A stretch of DNA of 64,000 bases. It comes from SAR86 cluster bacterium (GTDB lineage: Bacteria; Pseudomonadota; Gammaproteobacteria; Magnimaribacterales; TMED112). The DNA is taken from positions 412,543 to 476,542 of the forward strand of contig CP097967.1 in the NCBI GenBank assembly GCA_023703535.1, given 5' to 3'. Every line of letters starts with the position of its first letter. Positions within the stretch are counted from its first letter, which is position 1. Both the position numbers and the translations under genes were made by a program. Below the pieces are notes generated by a model. The model was given only the letters and a program-made list of their open reading frames with translations. It was not told the origin of the DNA and did not search any database. Positions 50,134 through 60,711 of this stretch are shown here, in pieces.

Positions 50134-52497
50134 TTAGATTTTTTTTCCTGCAAGCTTAAACCAAGTATCAATTACTGTATCAGGGTTTAAAGACATCGAT
50201 TCAATATTTTTCTTAAGTAGCCAGTCTGCTAAATCTGAATGATCTGAAGGACCTTGTCCACAAATTCCAATATATTTTCCTTTCTTTAAACACGCATCAA
50301 TTGAAAGTGAAAGCATCATTTTTACAGCATCATCTCTTTCATCAAAAACATCTGCAACTAGAGACGAATCTCTATCTAAGCCTAATGTAAGTTGTGTCAT
50401 ATCGTTTGAACCTATAGACATTCCATCAAAATATTTTAAAAATGAATCCGCTAAAAGGGCATTTGATGGAAGTTCAGACATCATAATTATTTTTAATCCG
50501 TCTTTGCCTCTTTTTAAACCATTTACCTCAAGCAAATTAATAACATCTTTAGCCTCTTTTAAAGTTCTTATAAATGGAATCATAAGCTGAATATTTTTTA
50601 AACCCATCTCATTTCTGACTTTTTTAAATGCCTCACATTCCAACTGAAAACAGTCTTTAAAGGCTTCAGATACATATCTGCCTGCACCACGAAATCCAAG
50701 CATTGGATTTTCTTCTTTAGGTTCAAACTGTTTCCCCCCTATTAAATTTGCATATTCATTAGATTTAAAATCAGACATTCTCACAATAACAGGTTTGTTA
50801 TTAAAGGCTGCTCCAATTGTGGCAATCCCCTCAGATAGTTTTGATATAAAAAAATTTATAGGATCTTTATATCCATACATTTTTTTATCAATCAATCTTT
50901 TTGTTGACTTATCAATCTTAGAGTATTGAATTAATGCTTTAGGATGGATACCAATCATTTTATTAATGATAAATTCAAGCCTAGCCAATCCTACTCCTTC
51001 ATTTGGAATTCTTGAGAAACTAAAAGCTTTATCAGGATTTCCAACATTCATCATAATTTTGACGGGAATTTTTGGAAGCTTAGATATTTCATACTCTTCT
51101 GTTTCATAATTTAATTTTCCTTTATAAACCTTTCCCACCTCTCCTTCAGCACAAGAAACAGTAACAGGGACTCCTGAATTTATTGTATTTGTAGCAGTAT
51201 TCGTACCAACTATCGCCGGAATGCCAAGCTCACGAGCAATTATGGCCGCATGACAGGTTCTCCCTCCTCTATTGGTTATAATGCCTGATGCTCTTTTCAT
51301 AACGGGCTCCCAATCTGGATCGGTCATATCTGCTACTAAAACATCGCCCTCCTTTACTTTATCCATATTCTTCGGACTATCGATTATTCTTGCGATACCT
51401 ACTCCAATTTTTTGTCCTATGCTTCTTCCTGTAATTAATATTTCAGAATTTTCTTTTAACGAAAATTTTGTGATTTTATTTCCAGAATTACTGTGAACTG
51501 TTTCTGGTCGTGCTTGAAGGATATATATTTTATTATCATCTCCATCTTTCCCCCATTCTATGTCCATGCACTTACCGTAGTGCTTTTCAATAATGGATCC
51601 ATATTTTGCAAGTTGAATAACATCTTTATCTGAAATACAAAACTGATTTGAAAGATGTTTTGCTACTTTTACAGTTTTTACAGATTTTCCAGCTTCGCTT
51701 TTATTTGTAAAAAGCATTTTTTCAGATTTCTCACCTAGATTTTTTCTAATTATTGGAAAATGATTGTTTTTAAGACCATCTTTAAATACATAAAATTCAT
51801 CAGGATTTACTGAACCCTGTACAATGGTTTCACCTAAACCATAGGAAGCATTTATAAAAATAATATCCTCGCTTCCAGATTCAGTATCCAAAGTAAACAT
51901 CACACCAGATGTTGATTTATCACTTCTGACCATTCGCTGAAATCCTACTGAGATAGACACATCAGAATGATCAAATTTTTGATGTACTCTATAAGCAATT
52001 GCTCTATCCGTATAAAGAGATGCGTATACCTTTTGCATTGCATCAACTAGAGCTTTGAGGCCGACAATATTTAAATAGGTTTCTTGTTGACCAGCGAAAG
52101 AGGCATTAGGTAGATCTTCAGCAGTTGCGGACGATCGAACTGCAAATGAGTAATTTTTATTTTTACAAATATTAGTCCATGCTTCTTCAATACTTTTAAG
52201 CAGTTCAGAAGGAATTTTTGCTTTTAAAATTAAGTTCCTAATTTTAGAACCAGTTTTCTTCAGTTCTTTAATGGAATTCACATCCAATTTTTTGAGTAAT
52301 TCAGGAATTTTTTTATCAAGTCTGTTTGCTTTAAGAAATTCTTGAAATGCATATGAAGTTGTTGCAAAGCCATCTGGAACATTAACCCCCAGAGATGAAA
52401 GGTTATTTATCATCTCACCTAGAGAAGCATTTTTTCCACCAACACATTCAATATCATTAATGGATATATCGGAAAACTTTTTAATGAACTTATTCAT
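50134..52497 (-). CDS. ppsA: phosphoenolpyruvate synthase
   Basis: 787 aa with an ATP-grasp N-domain, the phosphohistidine motif GGRTCHAAIIARELGIPA and a C-terminal PEP-utilising domain. Confidence 0.92.
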   Translation of the reverse strand: MNKFIKKFSDISINDIECVGGKNASLGEMINNLSSLGVNVPDGFATTSYAFQEFLKANRLDKKIPELLKKLDVNSIKELKKTGSKIRNLILKAKIPSELLKSIEEAWTNICKNKNYSFAVRSSATAEDLPNASFAGQQETYLNIVGLKALVDAMQKVYASLYTDRAIAYRVHQKFDHSDVSISVGFQRMVRSDKSTSGVMFTLDTESGSEDIIFINASYGLGETIVQGSVNPDEFYVFKDGLKNNHFPIIRKNLGEKSEKMLFTNKSEAGKSVKTVKVAKHLSNQFCISDKDVIQLAKYGSIIEKHYGKCMDIEWGKDGDDNKIYILQARPETVHSNSGNKITKFSLKENSEILITGRSIGQKIGVGIARIIDSPKNMDKVKEGDVLVADMTDPDWEPVMKRASGIITNRGGRTCHAAIIARELGIPAIVGTNTATNTINSGVPVTVSCAEGEVGKVYKGKLNYETEEYEISKLPKIPVKIMMNVGNPDKAFSFSRIPNEGVGLARLEFIINKMIGIHPKALIQYSKIDKSTKRLIDKKMYGYKDPINFFISKLSEGIATIGAAFNNKPVIVRMSDFKSNEYANLIGGKQFEPKEENPMLGFRGAGRYVSEAFKDCFQLECEAFKKVRNEMGLKNIQLMIPFIRTLKEAKDVINLLEVNGLKRGKDGLKIIMMSELPSNALLADSFLKYFDGMSIGSNDMTQLTLGLDRDSSLVADVFDERDDAVKMMLSLSIDACLKKGKYIGICGQGPSDHSDLADWLLKKNIESMSLNPDTVIDTWFKLAGKKI

Positions 52498-52515
52498 TTA
52501 TAAATGTAAGTATTT

Positions 52516-53727
52516 CTATTTCAAAATTGAATATATCTCTTCAATAAGTTTATTTGCTGTTCTGTAGAGCATTGAATAATCTTGCTGTCTATTTCCAACA
52601 AATGCAAATCCAATTTTTTTCTCTTTATCTCCAAAAGCTACAGCTCCACCTGCACCTGCATGCCCAAACGCTGTCTTTTTAAAAGTTGGAACAAAATCAC
52701 CTAAAAAATTGCTTTTTTGTTCCAACATAAAACAATATCCGAATTTTAAATTGCTTCCGAAAAGTACTGTATCAGGACCTCTGGAATGGACTTCAATAGC
52801 TTTATTTAGAATGCTCTCATCAAAAAGACGCACACCATCCCTTTCACAACCTGTACTCATAATTCCAAATAATTTTGCTAAACTTGCTGCTGTTCCGTGA
52901 CCATTTGCAGATGGCACTTCTCCTTTACGCCAATCATCTTTGTTAGGATAATTATCATCATCACTTCGTCCTGTATCGAAAGCGATAGCATAATCTCTGC
53001 TTTTTATAGCATCTTTAAAATTTTTCATATTTTGATTCAGAATTGCATCTGGTACATTTGCTAGTGAGTTAATAAATGGGTTCTCTTCTGTCCAATTTTT
53101 AAAAGTGATTTCTGCACATCTAGCAATATCTTGATCCTTAACTCCAATGTGAAAGTCAAGCTTTAGAGGTTCTGCAAATTCCTCTCTAAAATAGTTTCCA
53201 ACCGTTCTTCCATCTACTCTTCTAAAGAGTTCGCCAATTAACCACCCAAAGGTTAAGGCATGATAGCTTTGAGAGCTACCAGGCTTCCTAAATGGACTTT
53301 GTGCCTCTAGTTCCTTGGTATACGCTGACCAATTAGTCCAAGGTTCTTTTGGATAACCATTTTGAAAACCATACATACCAGCTCTGTGGCATAAGAAATC
53401 TAAAACTGTTGTCTCTTGTTTTCCATTGCACCCATACTCAGGCCAATATGTTTGTACTTTTTCATTTACATCTAATTTTCCTTCGTCTATTAATTTTATG
53501 ACACAAGCTCCAACAACACCTTTTGTCACTGACCATACATTAGTAATGGTATCTTGTTCCCAACTGCTAGATTTGTCAGGTTTCGAGTAACCTCCATAAA
53601 GATTTACAACCTCTTTTCCCTCAAGCTCTAAAGCAACTGATGCTCCAATTTCAAAGCCATTTTCTATTTGTTTCTCAAGGATTTGATGAATTTTTTGGAA
53701 TCTTTCGTCACAATGACCTTCAATCAT
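52516..53727 (-). CDS. serine hydrolase, beta-lactamase/esterase (class C-like) family
   Basis: 403 aa with the S-x-x-K motif SVTKG near the N-terminus, followed by the usual Tyr and H/K-x-G regions (HAGAGG). Confidence 0.7.
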   Translation of the reverse strand: MIEGHCDERFQKIHQILEKQIENGFEIGASVALELEGKEVVNLYGGYSKPDKSSSWEQDTITNVWSVTKGVVGACVIKLIDEGKLDVNEKVQTYWPEYGCNGKQETTVLDFLCHRAGMYGFQNGYPKEPWTNWSAYTKELEAQSPFRKPGSSQSYHALTFGWLIGELFRRVDGRTVGNYFREEFAEPLKLDFHIGVKDQDIARCAEITFKNWTEENPFINSLANVPDAILNQNMKNFKDAIKSRDYAIAFDTGRSDDDNYPNKDDWRKGEVPSANGHGTAASLAKLFGIMSTGCERDGVRLFDESILNKAIEVHSRGPDTVLFGSNLKFGYCFMLEQKSNFLGDFVPTFKKTAFGHAGAGGAVAFGDKEKKIGFAFVGNRQQDYSMLYRTANKLIEEIYSILK

Positions 53728-53814
53728 TTATTAAGTACCCCGTTATGATAAATATATTTTCTGTTCCTATTTTATGGTATTTTTAAATTACAAACTAATG
53801 GAGAAATTGGTTTA

Positions 53815-54096
53815 ATGAAATTAATCAAATTGCTTTTTATTTTTCTACCTACCTACGCTTTTGCTGATATGGATAAGGTTTGTACTATTGATATACAACA
53901 AACTGCTGCTACAAAAAAAGACTGGCAGGAAGTCTATAAGAATGACTGCTTCAGAAATAATATCTTATTGATAAAAGGAGTTCCTCATGATGAGCAAAGT
54001 CTATTTATTGCAAGGTTATGTAGATTTGATAGAAATGTAGAAAGGAGCAAGAATTCATTTACTTGCGTAGTTTACGGAAAAATAAGAGATCTATAA
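53815..54096 (+). CDS. hypothetical small exported protein (4 Cys)
   Basis: 93 aa with signal peptide MKLIKLLFIFLPTYAFA. No family recognised. Confidence 0.45.
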   Translation: MKLIKLLFIFLPTYAFADMDKVCTIDIQQTAATKKDWQEVYKNDCFRNNILLIKGVPHDEQSLFIARLCRFDRNVERSKNSFTCVVYGKIRDL

Positions 54097-54477
54097 TCTT
54101 TTTTGTAAGTATTGCTTACTAATTTTACATTTACCAAAAGTAGCTTTCCTTGGCCCTAATTCACGTTTGAAAGCATTCTCTTCTTTGTTGTGAATTATTT
54201 GTTGCTTTCTTTGTTTTAAAGAATTTTCATCTCGAAAAGAGATTTCATACACATCTTCATTGGCTGATGTATTGAGCATTCTAAATTTTTTATTTTTATC
54301 ATTTGTTATATGTATTAGATACTGCTCTTTGGTATTTATATAAAAAAAATTTTTTTCAGAAATTCTCTCGCATTCGTAGTAATGATGACTTCTAAAATAT
54401 CCCATTGCCTCGCCATAAATATAAGTAGCAATAGCAATAATAATTAAAAATATATAAAAGACTCTTAGTGGATCCAT
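54091..54477 (-). CDS. hypothetical membrane-anchored protein
   Basis: 128 aa with N-terminal TM helix VFYIFLIIIAIATYIY. The rest is Lys/Glu/Asn-rich. No family recognised. Confidence 0.45.
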   Translation of the reverse strand: MDPLRVFYIFLIIIAIATYIYGEAMGYFRSHHYYECERISEKNFFYINTKEQYLIHITNDKNKKFRMLNTSANEDVYEISFRDENSLKQRKQQIIHNKEENAFKRELGPRKATFGKCKISKQYLQKRL

Positions 54478-54490
54478 TATTTTTTAAAAT

Positions 54491-54581
54491 TGGCGGAGAG
54501 ACAGGGATTCGAACCCTGGAGACGCTATTAACGTCTGCTGGTTTTCAAGACCAGTGCATTCAACCGCTCTGCCATCTCTCC
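54491..54581 (-). tRNA. tRNA-Ser (anticodon UGA)
   Basis: The reverse complement GGAGAGATGGCAGAGCGGTTGAATGCACTGGTCTTGAAAACCAGCAGACGTTAATAGCGTCTCCAGGGTTCGAATCCCTGTCTCTCCGCCA folds as a cloverleaf. It has a 7-bp acceptor stem, anticodon loop CTTGAAA, a long variable arm, T-loop GGTTCGAATCC and an encoded CCA. Confidence 0.93.
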
Positions 54582-54638
54582 TGAATTTTGTAATTGTATA
54601 TCATTTACACTTATTTTATAGAATGTAAAATTCACTAT

Positions 54639-55640
54639 ATGAAAAAAGTATTTATTTCAGGAATATCTGGCTATATTGCAATGCATTGTGCTCAACAGCT
54701 GCTTGAAAAAGGATATTCAATAAATGCTACTGTTAGAGATACAAAAAAAATAGATCCCATTAAAAAAGCACTTAAAGATCTTTCTTTAGATGTTAGTAAA
54801 ATAGATTTTTTTGAAGCTGATTTACTTTCAGATAAGAACTGGGAAGATGCAATGACTGGGTGTGAGGATGTATTGCACGTTGCATCACCCTATCCATTAG
54901 CTCAACCAAAAGATGAAAATGATTTAATCAAGCCTGCAGTTGAAGGTACTGAAAGGGTTGTTTCGTTAGCTCTTAAACAAAACGTAAGAAAAATAGTGCT
55001 GACATCGTCAGTTGCAGCAATATCATCAGGACACACAAAAAAACAATTTAGCGAAGAAGATTGGAGTAAAGTTGATGAGCCTATTCCTGCTTATCCAAAA
55101 AGTAAGGCTCTTGCAGAAAAAAAGGCTTGGGACCTAATTAATAAATCGAATAAAAAAACAAAACTTACTGTCATTAATCCTGCGGGAGTAATTGGCCCTT
55201 CTCTTACTTCTGAGGTAAGTTCTACTCAATTAATCATTTCAGGTTTAGTGAATGGAAAAATTCCAATAAACCTCCCCATTCACATAGGATACGTCGATGT
55301 TAGGGATGTTGCTCTAGCACATGTTAAAGCACTTGAAAGCACTAAGTCTGATGGAGAGAGGATTATTCTTTCAAACACTGAATTATGGACAAAAGACGTA
55401 TCCAAGATACTTCGAGAGAATGGTTACAATGCTCCAAGATTTTCAGCTTCTGTTGCAGTGGCAAAATTTTTATCAAACTTTATCCCAATATTGAAACCGT
55501 CTAGGAGATTTTTTGGTAAAGCAATGACAAAGAACAGCACTAAGGCTGAAGATATTCTTGGCATTAAATACATAGATATTTCAAAGTCTATTATTGATGA
55601 AGTAGAGAGTTTAAAGAGATTTGGTAAGTTTTCAGGTTAG
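54639..55640 (+). CDS. NAD(P)-dependent epimerase/dehydratase family (dihydroflavonol-reductase-like extended SDR)
   Basis: Starts at ATG 54639 (MKKVFISGISGYIA, glycine-rich dinucleotide motif). The listed ORF begins 45 nt earlier at a TTG. Catalytic YPKSK (YxxxK) is present. Confidence 0.72.
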   Translation: MKKVFISGISGYIAMHCAQQLLEKGYSINATVRDTKKIDPIKKALKDLSLDVSKIDFFEADLLSDKNWEDAMTGCEDVLHVASPYPLAQPKDENDLIKPAVEGTERVVSLALKQNVRKIVLTSSVAAISSGHTKKQFSEEDWSKVDEPIPAYPKSKALAEKKAWDLINKSNKKTKLTVINPAGVIGPSLTSEVSSTQLIISGLVNGKIPINLPIHIGYVDVRDVALAHVKALESTKSDGERIILSNTELWTKDVSKILRENGYNAPRFSASVAVAKFLSNFIPILKPSRRFFGKAMTKNSTKAEDILGIKYIDISKSIIDEVESLKRFGKFSG

Positions 55641-56410
55641 TATCTAAAGTGCTTTATTTTTTCGCCGCTCTTCTCAATTTCAGTCATAGATTTTATTCCA
55701 ATTTCTAAATGTTTTTTTGACCAATCGGAGGTTACCTTTTTATCTGACTCCTCAGTTTTTACTCCTTCAGGGGTAGTAGGAACGTCTGATACAAGCAATA
55801 ATGCACCTCTAGCAATTTCATTGTAATGTCCTGTAACAAATATAGTTGCCACTTCCATATCTATACCTATAGCAGTACTTTTCTTTAGCTTTTTAAGAAA
55901 TACTTTGTCATGTTCCCAAAGCCTTCTATTTGTTGTGTAAATTACTCCTGTTCGATAATCGCAATTTGCTTCAACAATTTTTTCAGAGACAAATTTATGT
56001 AATTTAAAAGAAGGCAGAGCAGGCACATCTGGAGGAAAGTAATCATTACTTGTGCCCTCACCTCTTATAGCTGCAATTGGAAGAATAAAGTTACCAATTT
56101 CAGATGTGTCTTTTAATCCCCCACATTTCCCCAGAAATAATACTCCTTTAGGATTCCTTGCAGTTAATAAATCCATAATAAGCGCTGCATTGGGTGAACC
56201 TATGCCAAAATTTATTATGCTAAGCCCATCTTTATTTGTAGCACTTTGCATTGGTTTATCTTGACCCTTGATTTCAACATCAAATGTTTCTGAGAAAGAA
56301 TCAATATAATTTGTGAAATTTGTTAATAGAATGTAATCACCAAAATCATCTGGCTGCATTCCTGTATATCTTGGAAGCCAATTTTTTGCTATTTCGTACT
56401 TATGAACCAT
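55637..56410 (-). CDS. nucleoside phosphorylase family 1 protein, AMP-nucleosidase catalytic-domain-like
   Basis: 257 aa. The N-terminus IAKNWLPRYTG, then GKCGGL and the IGIDMEVATI region, resemble short AMP nucleosidase/PNP_UDP_1 proteins. Confidence 0.55.
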   Translation of the reverse strand: MVHKYEIAKNWLPRYTGMQPDDFGDYILLTNFTNYIDSFSETFDVEIKGQDKPMQSATNKDGLSIINFGIGSPNAALIMDLLTARNPKGVLFLGKCGGLKDTSEIGNFILPIAAIRGEGTSNDYFPPDVPALPSFKLHKFVSEKIVEANCDYRTGVIYTTNRRLWEHDKVFLKKLKKSTAIGIDMEVATIFVTGHYNEIARGALLLVSDVPTTPEGVKTEESDKKVTSDWSKKHLEIGIKSMTEIEKSGEKIKHFRY

Positions 56411-56453
56411 AAATTGGGATGGAATAATATCAGAATTTTAGAGAAAGTAAAAT

Positions 56454-59267
56454 TTACTTAAAATCTTTTATGCTTGGGCAAGAACAAACTAAATTTCTAT
56501 CCCCATAGACATTATCAACCCTTCCTACCGGTGGCCAGTATTTTTGGAGTTTAGTTTGATTATTTGGATAATAAGCTTCTTTTTTAGTGTAAGAATAATT
56601 CCAATCTTCTATTGCGTCATCTATACAGTGAGGAGCATTCTTTAATAGATTGTCTTCTTTATCTGAAATTCCATCTTCAATAGCTTTAATTTCGTTTCTT
56701 ATTCCGATCATTGCATCACAAAATCTATTTAATTCATCGAGAGATTCACTTTCTGTAGGCTCAATCATTAAAGTTCCTGCTACAGGCCATGACATAGTAG
56801 GAGCATGAAATCCATAATCAATTAATCTTTTTGCAATATCTTCAGCTTCAATGCCACATGATTCTTTAAATGGCCTTACATCTAAAATACATTCATGGGC
56901 TACTAAACCCTCATTACCTGTGTATAAGATCTTATAATGATCTTTAAGTCTTTTAGCTAAATAATTGGTATTTAATATCGCAACTTGTGTTGCCTTTCTA
57001 AGATGATCTTCACCCATCATAGCAATGTACATCCAGCTAATGGGTAAAATGCTTGCGCTGCCATAATGTGTTCCAGAAATTGAGTATTCGGAGTCAACAA
57101 AATTTAGTGGATCTTTCGGTAAATATGGCTTTAGTTTTTCAACAACTCCAATCGGACCAACACCAGGGCCACCTCCCCCATGAGGGATACAGAATGTTTT
57201 ATGGAGGTTTAAATGCGATACATCTCCACCAAACTCACCTGGATAACATGTTCCTACCATGGCATTAAAATTTGCTCCATCTATGTAAATAAAACCACCA
57301 AAATTATGAATTAAATCACAAACATCTTTTACTCTCTCCTCAAAAACACCATGAGTTGATGGGTACGTAATCATCATTGCTGCTATTTTATTTTTGTGTG
57401 TATTAACCTTATTTTTAAGATCATTGAAATCAATATCTCCATTCTCGTCACAATCAATTACCACAACCTCATATCCCACCATTTGAGCTGAAGCTGGATT
57501 GGTGCCATGTGCTGATTCTGGAATTAAACATATATTTCTATCATGGTCGTTATTAGCCTTATGAAAGCTGTCTATAGCAAGCAGTCCAGCATATTCACCT
57601 TGAGATCCTGCATTAGGTTGTAAAGAGATTGCTTTATAACCTGTAATTTGGGATAGCCAATCCTCTAAATCGCAAATTATTTTTTGATAACCCTCAGTTT
57701 GATCAGTTGGCGCATGTGGATGAACATTTGCAAATCCATTCCAGCCAACTGGAATCATTTCAGAAGTAGCGTTTAATTTCATCGTACAAGAGCCTAATGG
57801 AATCATACATCTATCCAGCGCTATGTCTTTGTCAGATAGACTTCTGATATACCTGAGGATCTGTGTTTCTGAGTGATGGCTGTTAAATACTTCATGATTT
57901 AAATATTCTGTTTTTCTATCGAAAGATTTATCCCAATTTATTTCATATTTTTTCAATGGCTTTTTTAGATCCTCAAAAAGTTCAGATATGTTATTAATAT
58001 CCTGATCTGTTGTCATTTCATCAAAACTCAGGCCTAATTCTTTTTCAGAGATAACTCTTAGATTAATTTTTTTATCCTTTGCCCTTAGATGAACTTGTTC
58101 TGGATTTTCAAGTTCCACAACTAGTGTGTCGAAAAAATTGTTATTTTTAATAACATATCCTTTTCTTGATAACTCATTAGCAATTTTTAGTGTTTTTTCT
58201 TTAACATCGCTCGCAATAGATTTTAGACCATTTGGACCGTGGTAAATTGCATAAAAGCTGGACATTATTGCTAATAATGCTTGAGCTGTACATATATTAC
58301 TTGTCGCCTTCTCCCTTCTAATATGTTGTTCTCTAGTTTGTAGTGCAAGTCTGTAGCAAGCACGTCCTTTACTATCTTGAGTTAATCCGATTAATCTGCC
58401 AGGTAGAGATCTTTTATAGACATCTTTTACTGCCATAAAACCTGCATGTGGACCCCCAAATCCCATTGGCACACCAAATCTTTGTGCTGAGCCCACCGCT
58501 ATGTCTGCACCAAAATCCCCTGGAGTTTTTAAAAGTGTTAAAGCAAGTAAATCAGTTCCAATAATCATGAGACCACCTTTTGCTTGAATATCTTTAGTAA
58601 CACTTTCTAAATCTTCAATTGAGCCCTCTGCATTTGGATATTGAAAATACGCAGCAAAATATTCCTTCCCCTTATCAGGACGATCACCAATTTCAATTTC
58701 AACACCAAGTGGTTTTGCTCTAGATTTAATAATTGCGATTGTTTGTTTAAATGTTTTGCTGTTTACAAAAAAAGTATTGGATTTACTCTTAGCTACTCTT
58801 TTGGCTAACATCATCGCCTCAGCAGCTGAAGTTGGCTCATCAAGCAATGATGCATTAGAAATATCCATTCCAGTTAAATCAGAAACCATAGTTTGATAAT
58901 TCATCAATGCTTCTAGCCTTCCTTGAGCTATCTCTGGTTGATATGGTGTGTAAGATGTGTACCAACCAGGATTTTCAAAAACATTTCTTTTAATCACTGC
59001 TGGAACGTTGCAATTATAGAAACCCTGACCAATGAAAGTTTTAAAAACCTTATTTTTTTTCGATATTTCTTTTAATGCTCTTAAAGCGCTTGGTTCATCT
59101 AGTGGTTCTGGCAGATTTAACTTTTTCTTACTATAAATTGAATTTGGAATAAGTTTTTCTAAAAAATCTTCCATATTTTCATAACCAAGATCATGAAGAA
59201 TATGATTGATTTCACTATCTTTAAGACCAATATGTCTCTGAGAAAATTCTTTAGAGTTTTGACTCAT
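56454..59267 (-). CDS. gcvP: glycine dehydrogenase (decarboxylating), single-chain P protein
   Basis: 937 aa with PLP-lysine region SHLNLHKTFCIPHGGGGPG. Confidence 0.93.
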   Translation of the reverse strand: MSQNSKEFSQRHIGLKDSEINHILHDLGYENMEDFLEKLIPNSIYSKKKLNLPEPLDEPSALRALKEISKKNKVFKTFIGQGFYNCNVPAVIKRNVFENPGWYTSYTPYQPEIAQGRLEALMNYQTMVSDLTGMDISNASLLDEPTSAAEAMMLAKRVAKSKSNTFFVNSKTFKQTIAIIKSRAKPLGVEIEIGDRPDKGKEYFAAYFQYPNAEGSIEDLESVTKDIQAKGGLMIIGTDLLALTLLKTPGDFGADIAVGSAQRFGVPMGFGGPHAGFMAVKDVYKRSLPGRLIGLTQDSKGRACYRLALQTREQHIRREKATSNICTAQALLAIMSSFYAIYHGPNGLKSIASDVKEKTLKIANELSRKGYVIKNNNFFDTLVVELENPEQVHLRAKDKKINLRVISEKELGLSFDEMTTDQDINNISELFEDLKKPLKKYEINWDKSFDRKTEYLNHEVFNSHHSETQILRYIRSLSDKDIALDRCMIPLGSCTMKLNATSEMIPVGWNGFANVHPHAPTDQTEGYQKIICDLEDWLSQITGYKAISLQPNAGSQGEYAGLLAIDSFHKANNDHDRNICLIPESAHGTNPASAQMVGYEVVVIDCDENGDIDFNDLKNKVNTHKNKIAAMMITYPSTHGVFEERVKDVCDLIHNFGGFIYIDGANFNAMVGTCYPGEFGGDVSHLNLHKTFCIPHGGGGPGVGPIGVVEKLKPYLPKDPLNFVDSEYSISGTHYGSASILPISWMYIAMMGEDHLRKATQVAILNTNYLAKRLKDHYKILYTGNEGLVAHECILDVRPFKESCGIEAEDIAKRLIDYGFHAPTMSWPVAGTLMIEPTESESLDELNRFCDAMIGIRNEIKAIEDGISDKEDNLLKNAPHCIDDAIEDWNYSYTKKEAYYPNNQTKLQKYWPPVGRVDNVYGDRNLVCSCPSIKDFK

Positions 59268-59282
59268 TTTTAAGTTTGCTTT

Positions 59283-59666
59283 TTATTCTTCGCTTAATTT
59301 TTTATAAGCATCTGAATCCAACATTTCATCTAGTTCATTTATATTCTGTGGCTTAACTTTGAAAAACCAACCATCCTCATATGGAGATGAATTTATTATT
59401 TCTGGGTTATCAGACAATTTTTCATTAATTTCTACGATTTCACCTGTTAGGGGTGAGTAAACGTCAGATGCAGCTTTAACTGATTCAACTATTGCAACAC
59501 CATCTTTTTGAGACACACTAGATCCAATTTGAGGCAACTCGACGTAAACAATATCACCTAATAATTCTTGAGCGTGATTAGAAATGCCCACAGTAACGAC
59601 TCCATCGTCATCTCTGGCCCACTCATGTGAGTCAAGAAATTTTAGATTTTTTTCATTATCAGACAT
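59283..59666 (-). CDS. gcvH: glycine cleavage system H protein
   Basis: 127 aa with lipoyl-lysine motif VESVKAASDVYSP. Confidence 0.92.
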   Translation of the reverse strand: MSDNEKNLKFLDSHEWARDDDGVVTVGISNHAQELLGDIVYVELPQIGSSVSQKDGVAIVESVKAASDVYSPLTGEIVEINEKLSDNPEIINSSPYEDGWFFKVKPQNINELDEMLDSDAYKKLSEE

Positions 59667-60711
59667 CTTTTTTTAGCGACTCTAAAAAGTTCGTATTAGA
59701 AAATTTTAAAGTAATTTTCTTATCTCTCAATACAGCGCTACCAATTTCACCACAATTTTTATCAACTCTACAAAATCCTATGTTTTTTTTGAATGTTGGA
59801 CTCCATGTTCCGCTTGTTACAACTCCAGAGCCACCTTCAAATATTACCTCTGCACCGCCTCTTAAAACCCCTCTTTCTTCTGTGTAAAAACCTTTAAGAA
59901 TTTTTTTTGAGTCTTTTTTTTCTTCAAGAGCGTTTTTTCCAATGAAGTCTCTATCTTTATGATTAAAATCTATTGTCCATCCAATATTTGAATCGTAGGG
60001 TGTATTAGTCTCATCCATGTCTGTTCCGTAGAGATTTAGACCTGCTTCAAGGCGTAAAGTATCCCTTGCTGCCAATCCGATTGGTTGAACATCATTTGAA
60101 ATAAACTCATTCCAAAACTTAATACCTTTTTCTTGGTCACAAATAATTTCATAACCTAATTCTCCTGTATAGCCGGTTGAGGCAATCATCACATCATCTG
60201 TATTGTGAACAGAAAATTTTGATATATCTTTTTCAATATGACTTTTTATGAATTTATAAGAATTAGGACCCTGAAGAGCTAAAATTGAATAATCAGACTT
60301 AAAGTCAACTCCTACGTCGAAAGGTTCTGCAATCTTACTTAACCAACTAAGGTTCTTCTCTCTTGTAGCGCAATTTGAAACAATCCTAAAACTTTCATTT
60401 CCTAGATAATAAACTATCAGATCATCAAGAATCCCACCTTCATGATTAAGCATTGGAGAATACATTGCCTTGTTCTGACCGTTAATCTTTTTTATGTCAT
60501 TTGGAAGAAGAAATCTTAAAAAATCTTCTTGTTTTTTACCATCTAAATCAAAAACAGCCATATGGGAAACATCAAAAATACCTACATTTGTTCTGACCTC
60601 ATTATGTTCGTTAAGTTGAGAACCGTAATGTAAAGGCATTTCCCAGCCAGAGAAATCAACCATAAAACCACCTAAATCTTTATGTTTGCTATTTAGGTAG
60701 GTAGCCTTCAT
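59659..60711 (-). CDS. gcvT: glycine cleavage system aminomethyltransferase T
   Basis: 350 aa. FSGWEMPLHY and GIFDVSHM are typical GcvT N-terminal motifs. Confidence 0.9.
   Translation of the reverse strand: MKATYLNSKHKDLGGFMVDFSGWEMPLHYGSQLNEHNEVRTNVGIFDVSHMAVFDLDGKKQEDFLRFLLPNDIKKINGQNKAMYSPMLNHEGGILDDLIVYYLGNESFRIVSNCATREKNLSWLSKIAEPFDVGVDFKSDYSILALQGPNSYKFIKSHIEKDISKFSVHNTDDVMIASTGYTGELGYEIICDQEKGIKFWNEFISNDVQPIGLAARDTLRLEAGLNLYGTDMDETNTPYDSNIGWTIDFNHKDRDFIGKNALEEKKDSKKILKGFYTEERGVLRGGAEVIFEGGSGVVTSGTWSPTFKKNIGFCRVDKNCGEIGSAVLRDKKITLKFSNTNFLESLKKDV

Noticed and set aside
53728-54638. Possible integrated mobile element at tRNA-Ser
   Set aside because: I could see no integrase, recombinase, phage or plasmid gene and no direct repeat of the tRNA 3' end. 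Only two small orphan ORFs are present, so I report it as a low-interest curiosity rather than calling a mobile element.
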